A DNA stretch of 32,000 bases from NCBI RefSeq assembly GCF_000007985.2, contig NC_002939.5, forward strand, positions 750,001-782,000, given 5' to 3'. The notes below the pieces were generated by a model. The model did not search any database, had not been told where the DNA came from, and was given only the letters and a program-made list of their open reading frames with translations. Shown piece by piece: positions 9,001 to 16,068 of this stretch (positions are counted from its first letter, which is position 1; each line of letters starts with the position of its first letter). A program made the position numbers and the translations under genes. Source of the DNA: Geobacter sulfurreducens PCA (GTDB taxonomy: Bacteria > Desulfobacterota > Desulfuromonadia > Geobacterales > Geobacteraceae).

Positions 9001-9220
9001 CGGCCCGTTCTCCCGTTTCCCGGGCGTAGCGGGTAAACCAGGCGCCGGTCTCGTCCTCCACGAGAATTGCCCCCACGAGGATGGAGGTGAAGTTCACCGG
9101 CGTGCCGTCCCCCCGGATGGCGCCGGCCCATGCGGCAAGGCGCATGAGCCGGTCGAGGGACGGTTCGTAGGCCGCTTCGGGGGGAAACGGCGCCAGGGGG
9201 GCGGTTTCGGGCTTGTCCAT
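6026..9220 (-). CDS. KAP-family P-loop NTPase with transmembrane insert (1064 aa)
   Basis: Walker A is GVFGEWGSGKTFF (about nt 8405-8428). Walker B is ILYIDDLDRCPPEKVVEVL (about nt 7103-7126). About 430 aa are inserted between them, containing coiled-coil-like Arg/Glu/Ala segments and two hydrophobic helices (WLAALALILVAAPVAVVWF and AAVLGLSSVMASVAGFAGTAL, about nt 7655-7831). This is the hallmark KAP NTPase architecture. A Pro/Ala-rich linker and a C-terminal domain follow. Confidence 0.85.
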   Translation of the reverse strand: MDKPETAPLAPFPPEAAYEPSLDRLMRLAAWAGAIRGDGTPVNFTSILVGAILVEDETGAWFTRYARETGERAEAIADLVQTSEAMRPRVEEQAAAGTLPDAREFYSSSVRDILGSALRLATRDGAEPRPLGTRHLLAALAFRLSDYHRRQLIGWGVDIAAWQRSTLDFLQRAFPSEDSTWVSLALEQAEAPPPEPPPADTIFKSFAAEAPVPPVSAGPDVLIARFTADDPTSATDLMDVRQEARAFARLAAGRAIRPPLSIGVFGEWGSGKTFFMKLMHEHVARISRDADSDGPFHGNIVQIRFNAWHYVESNLWASLVDYIFTELDRWLKERPENPNETVDLLFDHLSTSRTLRLEAMDELVLRRRQRQEAEENLKTVRARFETALARQAVATAGEFWTAVGTTLGKDRETRETIDRAGRVLGVPELSASARQLSEVLQETTTQAGRARTLGRSAMATLGRPRWLAALALILVAAPVAVVWFRDILGRTEVLSWLKEVNAAVLGLSSVMASVAGFAGTALKRTATALDTLEGFRANLETAIAERTEEFRKNSNEAALLTDAEREATRLRSDVEQAERRLADADRRAADAARDFQGATARGRLNAFIRDKVVSGDYAKHLGIIATIRKDFGQLAQLMADADRDRELAEEYERARLDYVRRVEELIARSGDVLTDEEVAALRASTTFDAESLRLFERIILYIDDLDRCPPEKVVEVLQAIHLLLCFPLFVVVVAVDARWVSRSLKEVYPELLAETVIIPGTGATAPARPGAPAGEARHDATDRRTAPNNSDRERAASSQDYLEKIFQLPYWVRAMDADACRNYIKGIVAAESTVQADQAPLSPEPAPNAAPPAPSLQPPTERAGGATEVAPSEAPVASPPPAAPSQPDSGGESFREHEARTMTLTPHETAFMAELAPHAGGTPRRGLRFVNVYRLIRTSLPLHEHETLVGDKGEQTAYRALLTQLAIVTGAPDIAPVYFDHLAILAAGNLAEPKERKGLVDLIAALGEDARVTASTEAAPLLGALKALHNSVAPQGLGNEPTLLATLHDTSSVARRYSFTARPH

Positions 9221-9247
9221 GGGGTTCTCCCGGGTTGTCAGTTACGG

Positions 9248-9634
9248 TTACCGGTTCCTGCCGCCGCCGGGCCCCATCCCCTTGCCGGGGGCACCCATTC
9301 CGGCCGGACCCATGCCGCCGCCCGGCACCGGCGGTTCGTCGGGAAGGGTCACTCCCCGCTCCCTGGCCCTCTCTTTCATCCGCTCGTGGTGCTCTTTCCT
9401 GATCTGCTCCCGTTCCTGCACGGTCTTGGCGGCCCGCATCCTGGCCCGGTATTCGGCCCGTTCCTTCCTGGTCATGAGCTGGCTGCCGTAGACCCGTTCC
9501 TGCTCCTTGGCCTCGGTCCGGACTTTTTCCCGGACGTTCTCCCTGACGCGCTCCTGGTCCGTTGCCGGCGCGACTCCGGCGACCAGGGAGAGTATCCCCG
9601 CCGCGACGGTTGCGATGAGTGCCTGCTTCTTCAT
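9248..9634 (-). CDS. Secreted helical protein with Gly/Met/Pro-rich tail (ZraP/Spy/CpxP-like, tentative)
   Basis: The signal peptide is MKKQALIATVAAGILSLVAGVAPA. The core is charged and helical (Arg/Glu/Lys-rich) with an LMTRKE (LTxxQ-like) motif. The C-terminal GGGMGPAGMGAPGKGMGPGGG resembles the Gly/Met tail of ZraP. It starts 16 nt after the EEP gene and ends 27 nt before the KAP gene. Confidence 0.45.
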   Translation of the reverse strand: MKKQALIATVAAGILSLVAGVAPATDQERVRENVREKVRTEAKEQERVYGSQLMTRKERAEYRARMRAAKTVQEREQIRKEHHERMKERARERGVTLPDEPPVPGGGMGPAGMGAPGKGMGPGGGRNR

Positions 9635-9650
9635 GGCTGCCTCCTTTCGT

Positions 9651-10658
9651 TCATGGGTTCGGCCCGGTGGTCACCAGGAGCGAGACCGGCCGGTGATCGC
9701 TGGTCTGGCTGTCCTTGGGGAGCCCGGCGTTGGCCAGTTCGTGCACCTCGTGTTCCACCTTGCCTGCATGGGGCTTCACCTGCCACGGCAGAGAGCCGTT
9801 CACGAGCCCCTGGGTGAAGAGAATGTGATCCAGAAGAATCTCGGGGCGCCGGTCCGGCTGGACGAAGTCCCTGAACCGGACAGTCCAGCAGAGTTCGTCG
9901 GGGATGTCGAAGAGACCATGGTTAAGGAACCGGCTCGTGGCAAAGACGTTGCCCTGGATATTGGCGATGAGATCGAAGAAGAGGTATTGCTCCTCGAAGT
10001 ACTCCTTGCCCGGCCCGTCGTTGAAGTCGCCCAGCACGAACAGGGCGGGGTTGCCCACTTGCCGGAATTTGGCGTCGATGTACGCGCGGACGTTGGCGGC
10101 CTCGGTGGCCATCTTGATCCGGGCCGTGAGGGCCTCGCGGATGAATCGCTCCCGTTCGTCGCGCCAGAGCCGCTCTCCCTGGTTGATGAACTTGCTCTTC
10201 AGGTGCAGGCCGATAAACTCCACGCGCAGACCGTTCCAGTCCAGAATCAACACTTGGGGATGCCGATAGTGGCGGTGTGTCCCCTCCGTGAATTCGCCCC
10301 ACAGATGGCATGTCCATGATACCCCGGCAAAGGCATCCCATGTGCCGACGGGAAGAAGCGATGCCCGGGCCGCCAGATCCTGTCGGACGAGGAACCATAT
10401 CCACTGGTCACCCCTCGTGGCATAGTTGCCGTCGGCCGCCTTCACCGCCACCCACTCGCCGTCCAGCAAGTCGTTGGCAACAAGATCGATCCCCGCTTCG
10501 CCGGCTGGACCCTCAAGCAGACAGAGAATGTCGGGCGCCAACTCCCTGATCTCCCGCACCACGGCATCCCGTCGACGGCGTTCTTTGGCGGTGGGATGCG
10601 CTCTGGTCAAGCGTTCCAGATGCGCCACGTTCCAGGAGGTAATTTTGACTGTGCCCAT
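9651..10658 (-). CDS. Endonuclease/exonuclease/phosphatase (EEP) family protein
   Basis: 335 aa. EEP motifs occur in the right order: N-terminal KITSWNV, LCLLEGP (catalytic Glu), LGDFNDG and a C-terminal SDHRPVSL. There is no signal peptide. SD GGAAGGA lies upstream. Confidence 0.8.
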   Translation of the reverse strand: MGTVKITSWNVAHLERLTRAHPTAKERRRRDAVVREIRELAPDILCLLEGPAGEAGIDLVANDLLDGEWVAVKAADGNYATRGDQWIWFLVRQDLAARASLLPVGTWDAFAGVSWTCHLWGEFTEGTHRHYRHPQVLILDWNGLRVEFIGLHLKSKFINQGERLWRDERERFIREALTARIKMATEAANVRAYIDAKFRQVGNPALFVLGDFNDGPGKEYFEEQYLFFDLIANIQGNVFATSRFLNHGLFDIPDELCWTVRFRDFVQPDRRPEILLDHILFTQGLVNGSLPWQVKPHAGKVEHEVHELANAGLPKDSQTSDHRPVSLLVTTGPNP

Positions 10659-10731
10659 GGGATCCTTCCGTGCCGCGCGGCCACCCTGTCGGCGGAATGC
10701 CGGGAAGTGGTCCCCCTTGCGGCTGCCTGCG

Positions 10732-11235
10732 TCACTTGGCCTTCAGTTTCTCTCGATGTTCGTACAGCTTGCGATACTGTTCTGCCGACGGTTTCTGGAC
10801 GACCGGCCTAAAGACCGTGATGGACCTGACCCGCTCGTCGGCCGGGTCGATGACGAATTCGACCCCCTGGTCCGCATAGGTGAGAACGATGACGCTCCCT
10901 TTCATGGTCTTTTCTCCCCTGCCGTAGAATCGCAGTACCTCGGCCAGGGTGGCGCCGGCCTTCAAGCGGTTACGCTCTACTTCATATCGGGGCGATGAGA
11001 CGGTGATCCTGCCGATGATGCCGCCCGCCGTGGTGATGCCGATTCCCTTGCTTTTTCGGATAGTGCGAAGCGTGCGGTTGTCCGGTGCCGGATCGCCGAT
11101 GCTGAAACGTTCGATTCTCTGGCCCGGGACAATGATTCCTCCGCCTGATTCGCCGCGCACCCCGTCGGACGGAAGGCACGGGTCCAGGCCGAGGAGGGCG
11201 ATCCCTACGACGATGGCAGACAATCCCTTGCGCAT
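10732..11235 (-). CDS. Putative exported/lipoprotein of unknown function
   Basis: 167 aa. The N-terminal hydrophobic signal is MRKGLSAIVVGIALLGLDPC. It starts 15 nt after the upstream membrane-protein gene. I recognise no family. Confidence 0.55.
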   Translation of the reverse strand: MRKGLSAIVVGIALLGLDPCLPSDGVRGESGGGIIVPGQRIERFSIGDPAPDNRTLRTIRKSKGIGITTAGGIIGRITVSSPRYEVERNRLKAGATLAEVLRFYGRGEKTMKGSVIVLTYADQGVEFVIDPADERVRSITVFRPVVQKPSAEQYRKLYEHREKLKAK

Positions 11236-11250
11236 GATTTCTCCTCAGGC

Positions 11251-12846
11251 CTATGGTGGGCCGTCCCCTCCTCTTTCCGCAGCCAGGGCCACATTCTCAT
11301 GTTTCGTCGTACCTGCTTGCTGACGAAGCAGACGTATGATGCCGGGGATTTTTTCCGGCCTGACCGGTTCCACGCTCATATAGCTATAGGCGCTGCGTTC
11401 CAGCATGATAATCCTGGTGCTGCCGGCATCCGCCTCTTCCGGGTGTTCGAAGGCCCCGATGATGATTTCCCGTCCCTTGGTCGGTCCGAGGATGTAGAGT
11501 TCCGCCCCCCGCTGCCGGGCCTCGTCGAGTTTTTTCCTCAAGGGGTGGACTCCCTTGTCCTCCCCCGTAAAGACGATGTCTTTCAAGCGCTGGACTTTGA
11601 ATTCGAACTTGAACCGGCCGTAGGCGGTGGGGAGCGTGATGAGCACAGTCAGAAAGAGGAGGAAGATGACGACAAAGTAGCCCCCCTCCCAGAGGGGGAG
11701 ACGGATCAGGCGTGTACTGTTCAGCAACAGATAGACGAGGATGCCGATGAGCACCCAGAAGGAGTACGAGATCATGAACTGGCCGAAGGCAATGGGTTTC
11801 AGGCTGCCGAGGGATGTGCATATCCGGCTGGTATCCTCATCACCGGGGACGAAGAAGGCAGAGATATTCTCCCGCAGTCGCGTCAGGCGTCTCATGGATT
11901 CGCCGGCAAGCTCGTAGTTCGCGGGAATGAGGACCAGCGAAGAGGTGTCCCCCTCGCTCGTGAGGTGACCACTCAGCAGGCTGCGGAAATCCTGGAGGGT
12001 GAGGTTGACCCGCTCCCTCAGCCGCTGCTGCAGGGCATGGCTCAGCCAGACGTTGCGCAACGCCACATAGGTCTCCGATTTTTCGAAGTCAGCGTCTGAG
12101 CGGAATGGCGACGGTTCGCGGATGGAGAACCGCTTCTGGAACACCTCCAGAGAAAGCGGCGTACCTTCCCGTCGTGAGATTTCGGCCAGGGCATAGTTCA
12201 TCCAGTGTAGGGTCGGCTCCACCCCGAAGGTCAGTTCCTCGTAAAAGCGCTGCTGGAACTCGTCGGCCCGTTCGAGGGCACCCTTGCGGGGCAGCAGGAT
12301 GAGAACCATCCCTCCCAGGTCCTTGGAAAGGTCGGCCAGCACGCGTTCCTGGCACACGATGTCGGAAGAAAGCTTCCTGACGAACCAGCCCGAGGTGAGG
12401 ATGAAGGCTGCCGAGAGAGCCAGCGTCAGGAAAATAATATAGTTGATCCGATACCGGAGGATCAGGGAGACGGAGCGGGTGATCCGCCCCTTGCCGGCGG
12501 GACGTTCATTAGCGGCTTTGCCCCCACCGACGGGAACCGTCAACAAAAGCAGGGCCATGAGGATGACAAAGAAGGGGATCAGCCGCCAATCCTGAAAAAA
12601 GGTGAAGATGTCCTGAAAGAACTGAAAACCCGCCTCGGTAACGTACTCGTCGGTGTAGTGGACGACGCCGTAGAGGTTGTAGGCCCGCAGGCGTGCCACG
12701 ATGATGGCATTGCCGATCCAGAAAAAGAGGATGGCGCCGCCGCCGATGCCCCCAACAACAAGGCCGACGCTCTTCAGTACTTCAAGAATGGCGGTCAGGT
12801 CGACCCGTGGGGAGGTTTGGTTTGGCTGTTGCGTCTTCCCGTGCAT
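11251..12846 (-). CDS. Five-TM membrane protein of unknown function
   Basis: About 531 aa from ATG 12846; ATG 12891 is an alternative and neither has a good SD. Three N-terminal TM helices are followed by a soluble region of about 200 aa. Two more TM helices (FGQFMISYSFWVLIGILVYLLL, YFVVIFLLFLTVLITLP) and a soluble tail of about 120 aa follow. I recognise no family. Confidence 0.6.
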   Translation of the reverse strand: MHGKTQQPNQTSPRVDLTAILEVLKSVGLVVGGIGGGAILFFWIGNAIIVARLRAYNLYGVVHYTDEYVTEAGFQFFQDIFTFFQDWRLIPFFVILMALLLLTVPVGGGKAANERPAGKGRITRSVSLILRYRINYIIFLTLALSAAFILTSGWFVRKLSSDIVCQERVLADLSKDLGGMVLILLPRKGALERADEFQQRFYEELTFGVEPTLHWMNYALAEISRREGTPLSLEVFQKRFSIREPSPFRSDADFEKSETYVALRNVWLSHALQQRLRERVNLTLQDFRSLLSGHLTSEGDTSSLVLIPANYELAGESMRRLTRLRENISAFFVPGDEDTSRICTSLGSLKPIAFGQFMISYSFWVLIGILVYLLLNSTRLIRLPLWEGGYFVVIFLLFLTVLITLPTAYGRFKFEFKVQRLKDIVFTGEDKGVHPLRKKLDEARQRGAELYILGPTKGREIIIGAFEHPEEADAGSTRIIMLERSAYSYMSVEPVRPEKIPGIIRLLRQQAGTTKHENVALAAERGGDGPP

Positions 12847-12873
12847 GGGCACGCTCGCAGTGCAACAGGGTGT

Positions 12874-12908
12874 CGGGCGCCCCCACCGCATTGCCGGAGG
12901 GGCGCCCG
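12874..12908 (-). terminator. Strong GC stem-loop between the 758-aa gene and the 5-TM gene (terminator or processing/stability element)
   Basis: On the minus strand, CGGGCGCCCC pairs with GGGGCGCCCG (a perfect 10-bp stem) around a loop of about 15 nt. There is no U-tract, so intrinsic termination is uncertain. Confidence 0.4.
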
Positions 12909-12913
12909 GCAGT

Positions 12914-15190
12914 CTATGCCGGTTTCAGGTCATTGCAGATCCGCACCGGCCACAAGGCCTCGCGCCAGTGGGGGCCGCCCGGCGTGTAGGTACGGTCCTG
13001 GACGCGGAGCTTGAAGACGTACACGCAGCATTCGCCTCGGGGCAGGAGCAGGTCGGCCGGGACCGGGTAGCCCACCGATGCGCTGCAAAGCGGATCAATG
13101 GCCCGCAGGTCGAACTGGGCCAGGGTGCCGAAGACCGCGGCAGGAAGCGGGTTGGCCGGGTCGCAGGGGGTGCAGGAGGTGCCCGGATCGCCCACGCGGT
13201 TCGTGCCGAAGAAGCAGGGAGTCCCCATGCTCCAGGAAACGGGGATCTGGACTTCGGTCCCCCCCTGCTTGCTCACCTTGACCCAGTAGAAGTCGAAGTT
13301 GTCGTTGGGGCGGGTGAGTGGGAGGGCCGGGTCGATGTACTCGTCCCAGGCGATGCCCGAAAGCGGCAGGTTCCAGGGTACAGCGCAGTCGGGCGGGGTT
13401 GCGAAGGCGCTGACGCGGATGTCGGCGCAGCGGGGCACCGCATCGATCCGGATCATGGCACAGATGGGCTTGTTGTCGATCCAGACCTTCTGGGTGTCGT
13501 AGTAGAGGGTGCCCCCCGTGTCCTCCACCACCAGGCGCAGGGTGACCAAGCCACTCAGACCGCAGGTGGAGACGTGGGTCTGCCAGCAGGAGGGTGAGAG
13601 CCGGGCCTCGGGAACGTTCATCAGGCAGTAGGGGGGGAAGGGGACCGGCACCACGCAGTCGGTGACCCAGGAGGCGGTCAGCACCGACGTGTCCTTGCGC
13701 ATGTTCATGTCCCGGTACTGCCAGACCGTGTTGTACTCAACCTTCCAGATGTTGATCCAGCCGCCGGTGGTGGGGTCGGTCTCGAAGCCGGGCTTGTAGT
13801 CGATGAGGTAACGCTTGATCTTCCGCCCTTCGCACCCCCCCACGAAGGCGCTTCCCCAGATGGAGAGGCATTCGCCGAAGGATATCTCGTGGATCCCCGA
13901 GGGTCGCGTGCAGAGGGCCGGCACGGTCTCCACGAACATGGCCGCCGGGTCGTAGGCGGTGGTATCCAGGGTGAAGGCTCCGTCAAAGCCCAGGATGCGG
14001 ACATCCTGCTTGAAGAGGGAGAAAGTGATGGTCCTGACGCAGGTGGTTCCCTGGACCCCGTATACGGTGAGGCGGATGGTGTAGGCCCCTTCGTCCCGGG
14101 CCGTGGTGTCGAAGTAGGCCAGGAGTCCGCCCGCCACGGGGGAGTTTCCCTGGGTGCCGCCGCCCGGCGGGATGGGTGGATAGTGGAAGTCCGAAGCGTG
14201 CCAGGCAATGCCGTCGCGGGACCATTCCAGCACGTAGCGGAGGAAGCCGCCCCCTGTGGCCGTCCCCTTCACGGCCACCACCAGGGCCTTCAGGTCCGTG
14301 TTGACCTCTTCGGCCACGCAGCCGATGGGGTCGGTCAGTTCGCAGACCAGGGGCTGGAAGCAGCGGCGCAGGCAGCGGAAGTAGGCCACCAGGCAGCGAA
14401 CCAGATCGATGAGCGAGCGGGAACGCCCCAGGCACCAGCCGAAGCGGAATGCGCAGATGCACCAGCAGCGGCAGAGCCAGAAGCGCGGGTCCTTGCTCAG
14501 TTTCTCGAATATCTCGGCCCCCATGAGGAGCCGGGCGTTGTCCACCGTGAGGAACTTCTCGAACAGGGCCTCGGCCGCGTCGCCCCCCGAGTGGCAGTCC
14601 ACCTGGCCCGACACGGCCCCGTCGGCCAGTTCCATGGAGTGATCCATGGCCTTGGCCTCCTGCACCAACCAGGGCCTGAAGACCTCGGCAAAGCCTGCCG
14701 TGAGCTTGCGGAAGTCGGCCCGCTCCTCCGGCGTGGGCTGGCGGCCGGTGGGATCGTTCTGGAAGAGGCGGCGGATGCAGAGCCAGTAGCGGTAGAGGTA
14801 ATAGACCGAAACCGGGAAGGTGCGGGAGCGGGAGAGGAGCCAGCCGAAGCGGAGGCAGCAGAGGATTTTGCGCAGGCACCACTGCCACTGGTCGATGGGG
14901 CCCAGGGCTTCCCGGGCCTGGGGGGTGAGGGTTCGCAGGGCCACGTCGGCGGTGGCCAGGGGGGCGAAAAGCCGGTCGGCGAGAAGCTGCTCGTCCTCGC
15001 AGCTGTGGGGTTGCTTTTCCGCCACGGCCACGAGCCGCTCGGCGGACTCGCTCAGTTTGAGTTCTTCTTCGAGAATGGGGCGCCAAGCGTCCAGGAGCTG
15101 TTGGAGGACGAACTGGAAGTCCTCCCGGTTAATGTCCTCGTTCAGAAGCGCCTTGACGGTCTCCGCCGACAGTTTCGTTTCCTTTTCCAT
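12914..15190 (-). CDS. Large Cys/Trp/Arg-rich protein of unknown function (758 aa) with an internal duplicated motif and probable beta-sandwich C-terminal modules
   Basis: SD AAAGGAGAG lies 7 nt upstream of ATG 15190. The long ORF is coherent and has no signal peptide. The N-terminal ~290 aa are helical and contain two copies of a W.C......RFGW.L.RSR...L..Y..C.RR.FQ motif. The C-terminal ~470 aa contain segments like AYTIRLTVYGVQG, LVTLRLVVEDTGG and VYVFKLRVQD, which resemble Ig/PKD-like domain strands. Confidence 0.75.
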   Translation of the reverse strand: MEKETKLSAETVKALLNEDINREDFQFVLQQLLDAWRPILEEELKLSESAERLVAVAEKQPHSCEDEQLLADRLFAPLATADVALRTLTPQAREALGPIDQWQWCLRKILCCLRFGWLLSRSRTFPVSVYYLYRYWLCIRRLFQNDPTGRQPTPEERADFRKLTAGFAEVFRPWLVQEAKAMDHSMELADGAVSGQVDCHSGGDAAEALFEKFLTVDNARLLMGAEIFEKLSKDPRFWLCRCWCICAFRFGWCLGRSRSLIDLVRCLVAYFRCLRRCFQPLVCELTDPIGCVAEEVNTDLKALVVAVKGTATGGGFLRYVLEWSRDGIAWHASDFHYPPIPPGGGTQGNSPVAGGLLAYFDTTARDEGAYTIRLTVYGVQGTTCVRTITFSLFKQDVRILGFDGAFTLDTTAYDPAAMFVETVPALCTRPSGIHEISFGECLSIWGSAFVGGCEGRKIKRYLIDYKPGFETDPTTGGWINIWKVEYNTVWQYRDMNMRKDTSVLTASWVTDCVVPVPFPPYCLMNVPEARLSPSCWQTHVSTCGLSGLVTLRLVVEDTGGTLYYDTQKVWIDNKPICAMIRIDAVPRCADIRVSAFATPPDCAVPWNLPLSGIAWDEYIDPALPLTRPNDNFDFYWVKVSKQGGTEVQIPVSWSMGTPCFFGTNRVGDPGTSCTPCDPANPLPAAVFGTLAQFDLRAIDPLCSASVGYPVPADLLLPRGECCVYVFKLRVQDRTYTPGGPHWREALWPVRICNDLKPA

Positions 15191-15243
15191 CCGTGGACTC
15201 TCCTTTCATCCGCATCCGTGCGGACATACGCGCATCCGGCGCG

Positions 15244-16053
15244 TCAGGCGTACCGCAGGTACCGCTCTGCCACCCATTGCTGCTCGGTTGGGTGGATACG
15301 GACCCAGCCGTCAGCCGTTTCGAATACGTTGACCCGGACCCCCCGCTTGAGCCCTTTAACCACCGGGAACTCAGTTCCCCTGCCTGCCCGGACGTTGAGG
15401 CTCGAGGCCACAACCTCGCCGCTCTTGAGCGGAACCGGCGCACTGGGTGCGGTCCCCCCCGTGAGCTGGGCCAGGGTCTGGGCCACCAGGGGGATGAACG
15501 TTGCCGCAGCCGCATCCATGGAGTTGCCGCCGAAGAATGCGGTGCCTGGGCAGGTCTTGGTGGTGCCGGATCCGCCCGTGCGCTTGCCGGAGTTCAGGTC
15601 GTACCAGTGGTGATACACTATGGAGTCGGTGTTGGGCGTCAGGTTGAACTCCCGGCAGAGCAGGGCGTTGATCTTTACGATGGCGTCCCGGTGAGCCGGG
15701 GTCATGGTGTCGCCGCCCGCATCGAAGTTGCCCAGGTTTTCCAGGCAGATACCCTCTTGGTTGGCCCCCTTGATGCCGCAGGGGACCTTGTCGATGGAGC
15801 GGCAGACCGCCACGGTTCCGTCGGGGAACGATGTCAGGTTCTGGGCGATCTCCGAGAACCCCCGCTCGGCCATGTGGAAATGCTCCATCCCCTCCAGCAG
15901 GCCGAAGTGGTTGCTCCCTGTGAACTGGACGTAGCCGGGCAGGTAGGTATGATGGTTCTGAACGAGCTTGACGGAGCGGCTGAACCTGGTCTCCAGCAGC
16001 CACTGGTCGAACTCGTCCATGGTGAAGAGGAGGAATTTGCCCTTTTTCTTCAT
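15244..16053 (-). CDS. N-acetylmuramoyl-L-alanine amidase (Amidase_2/PGRP, T7-lysozyme type) fused to SH3b domain; no signal peptide
   Basis: The zinc-amidase motif order is VQNHHTYLP ... GANQEGICLENLGNFD ... IVYHHWYD...KTCPGTAFF. The C-terminal segment GEVVASSLNVRAGRGTEFPVVKGLKRGVRVNVFETADGWVRI is SH3b-like. SD GGAGGAG is present, with a 15-nt gap from the caspase gene. Confidence 0.8.
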   Translation of the reverse strand: MKKKGKFLLFTMDEFDQWLLETRFSRSVKLVQNHHTYLPGYVQFTGSNHFGLLEGMEHFHMAERGFSEIAQNLTSFPDGTVAVCRSIDKVPCGIKGANQEGICLENLGNFDAGGDTMTPAHRDAIVKINALLCREFNLTPNTDSIVYHHWYDLNSGKRTGGSGTTKTCPGTAFFGGNSMDAAAATFIPLVAQTLAQLTGGTAPSAPVPLKSGEVVASSLNVRAGRGTEFPVVKGLKRGVRVNVFETADGWVRIHPTEQQWVAERYLRYA

Positions 16054-16068
16054 GGTGGTCTCTCCTCC

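Noticed and set aside
6887-9817. Very long + strand ORF (976 aa) antisense to the KAP NTPase gene. Similar long antisense or out-of-frame ORFs occur at 13889-15613, 15193-17154, 16907-19357 (-), 22749-23945, 25432-26799 (-), 1504-2721 (-) and 914-1534 (-).
   Set aside because: Their translations are low-complexity Gly/Arg/Pro/Ala-rich strings with no motifs, as expected from the stop-codon-poor antisense frames of GC3-rich genes. In every case the opposite or alternative frame encodes a protein with clear family motifs and an SD.
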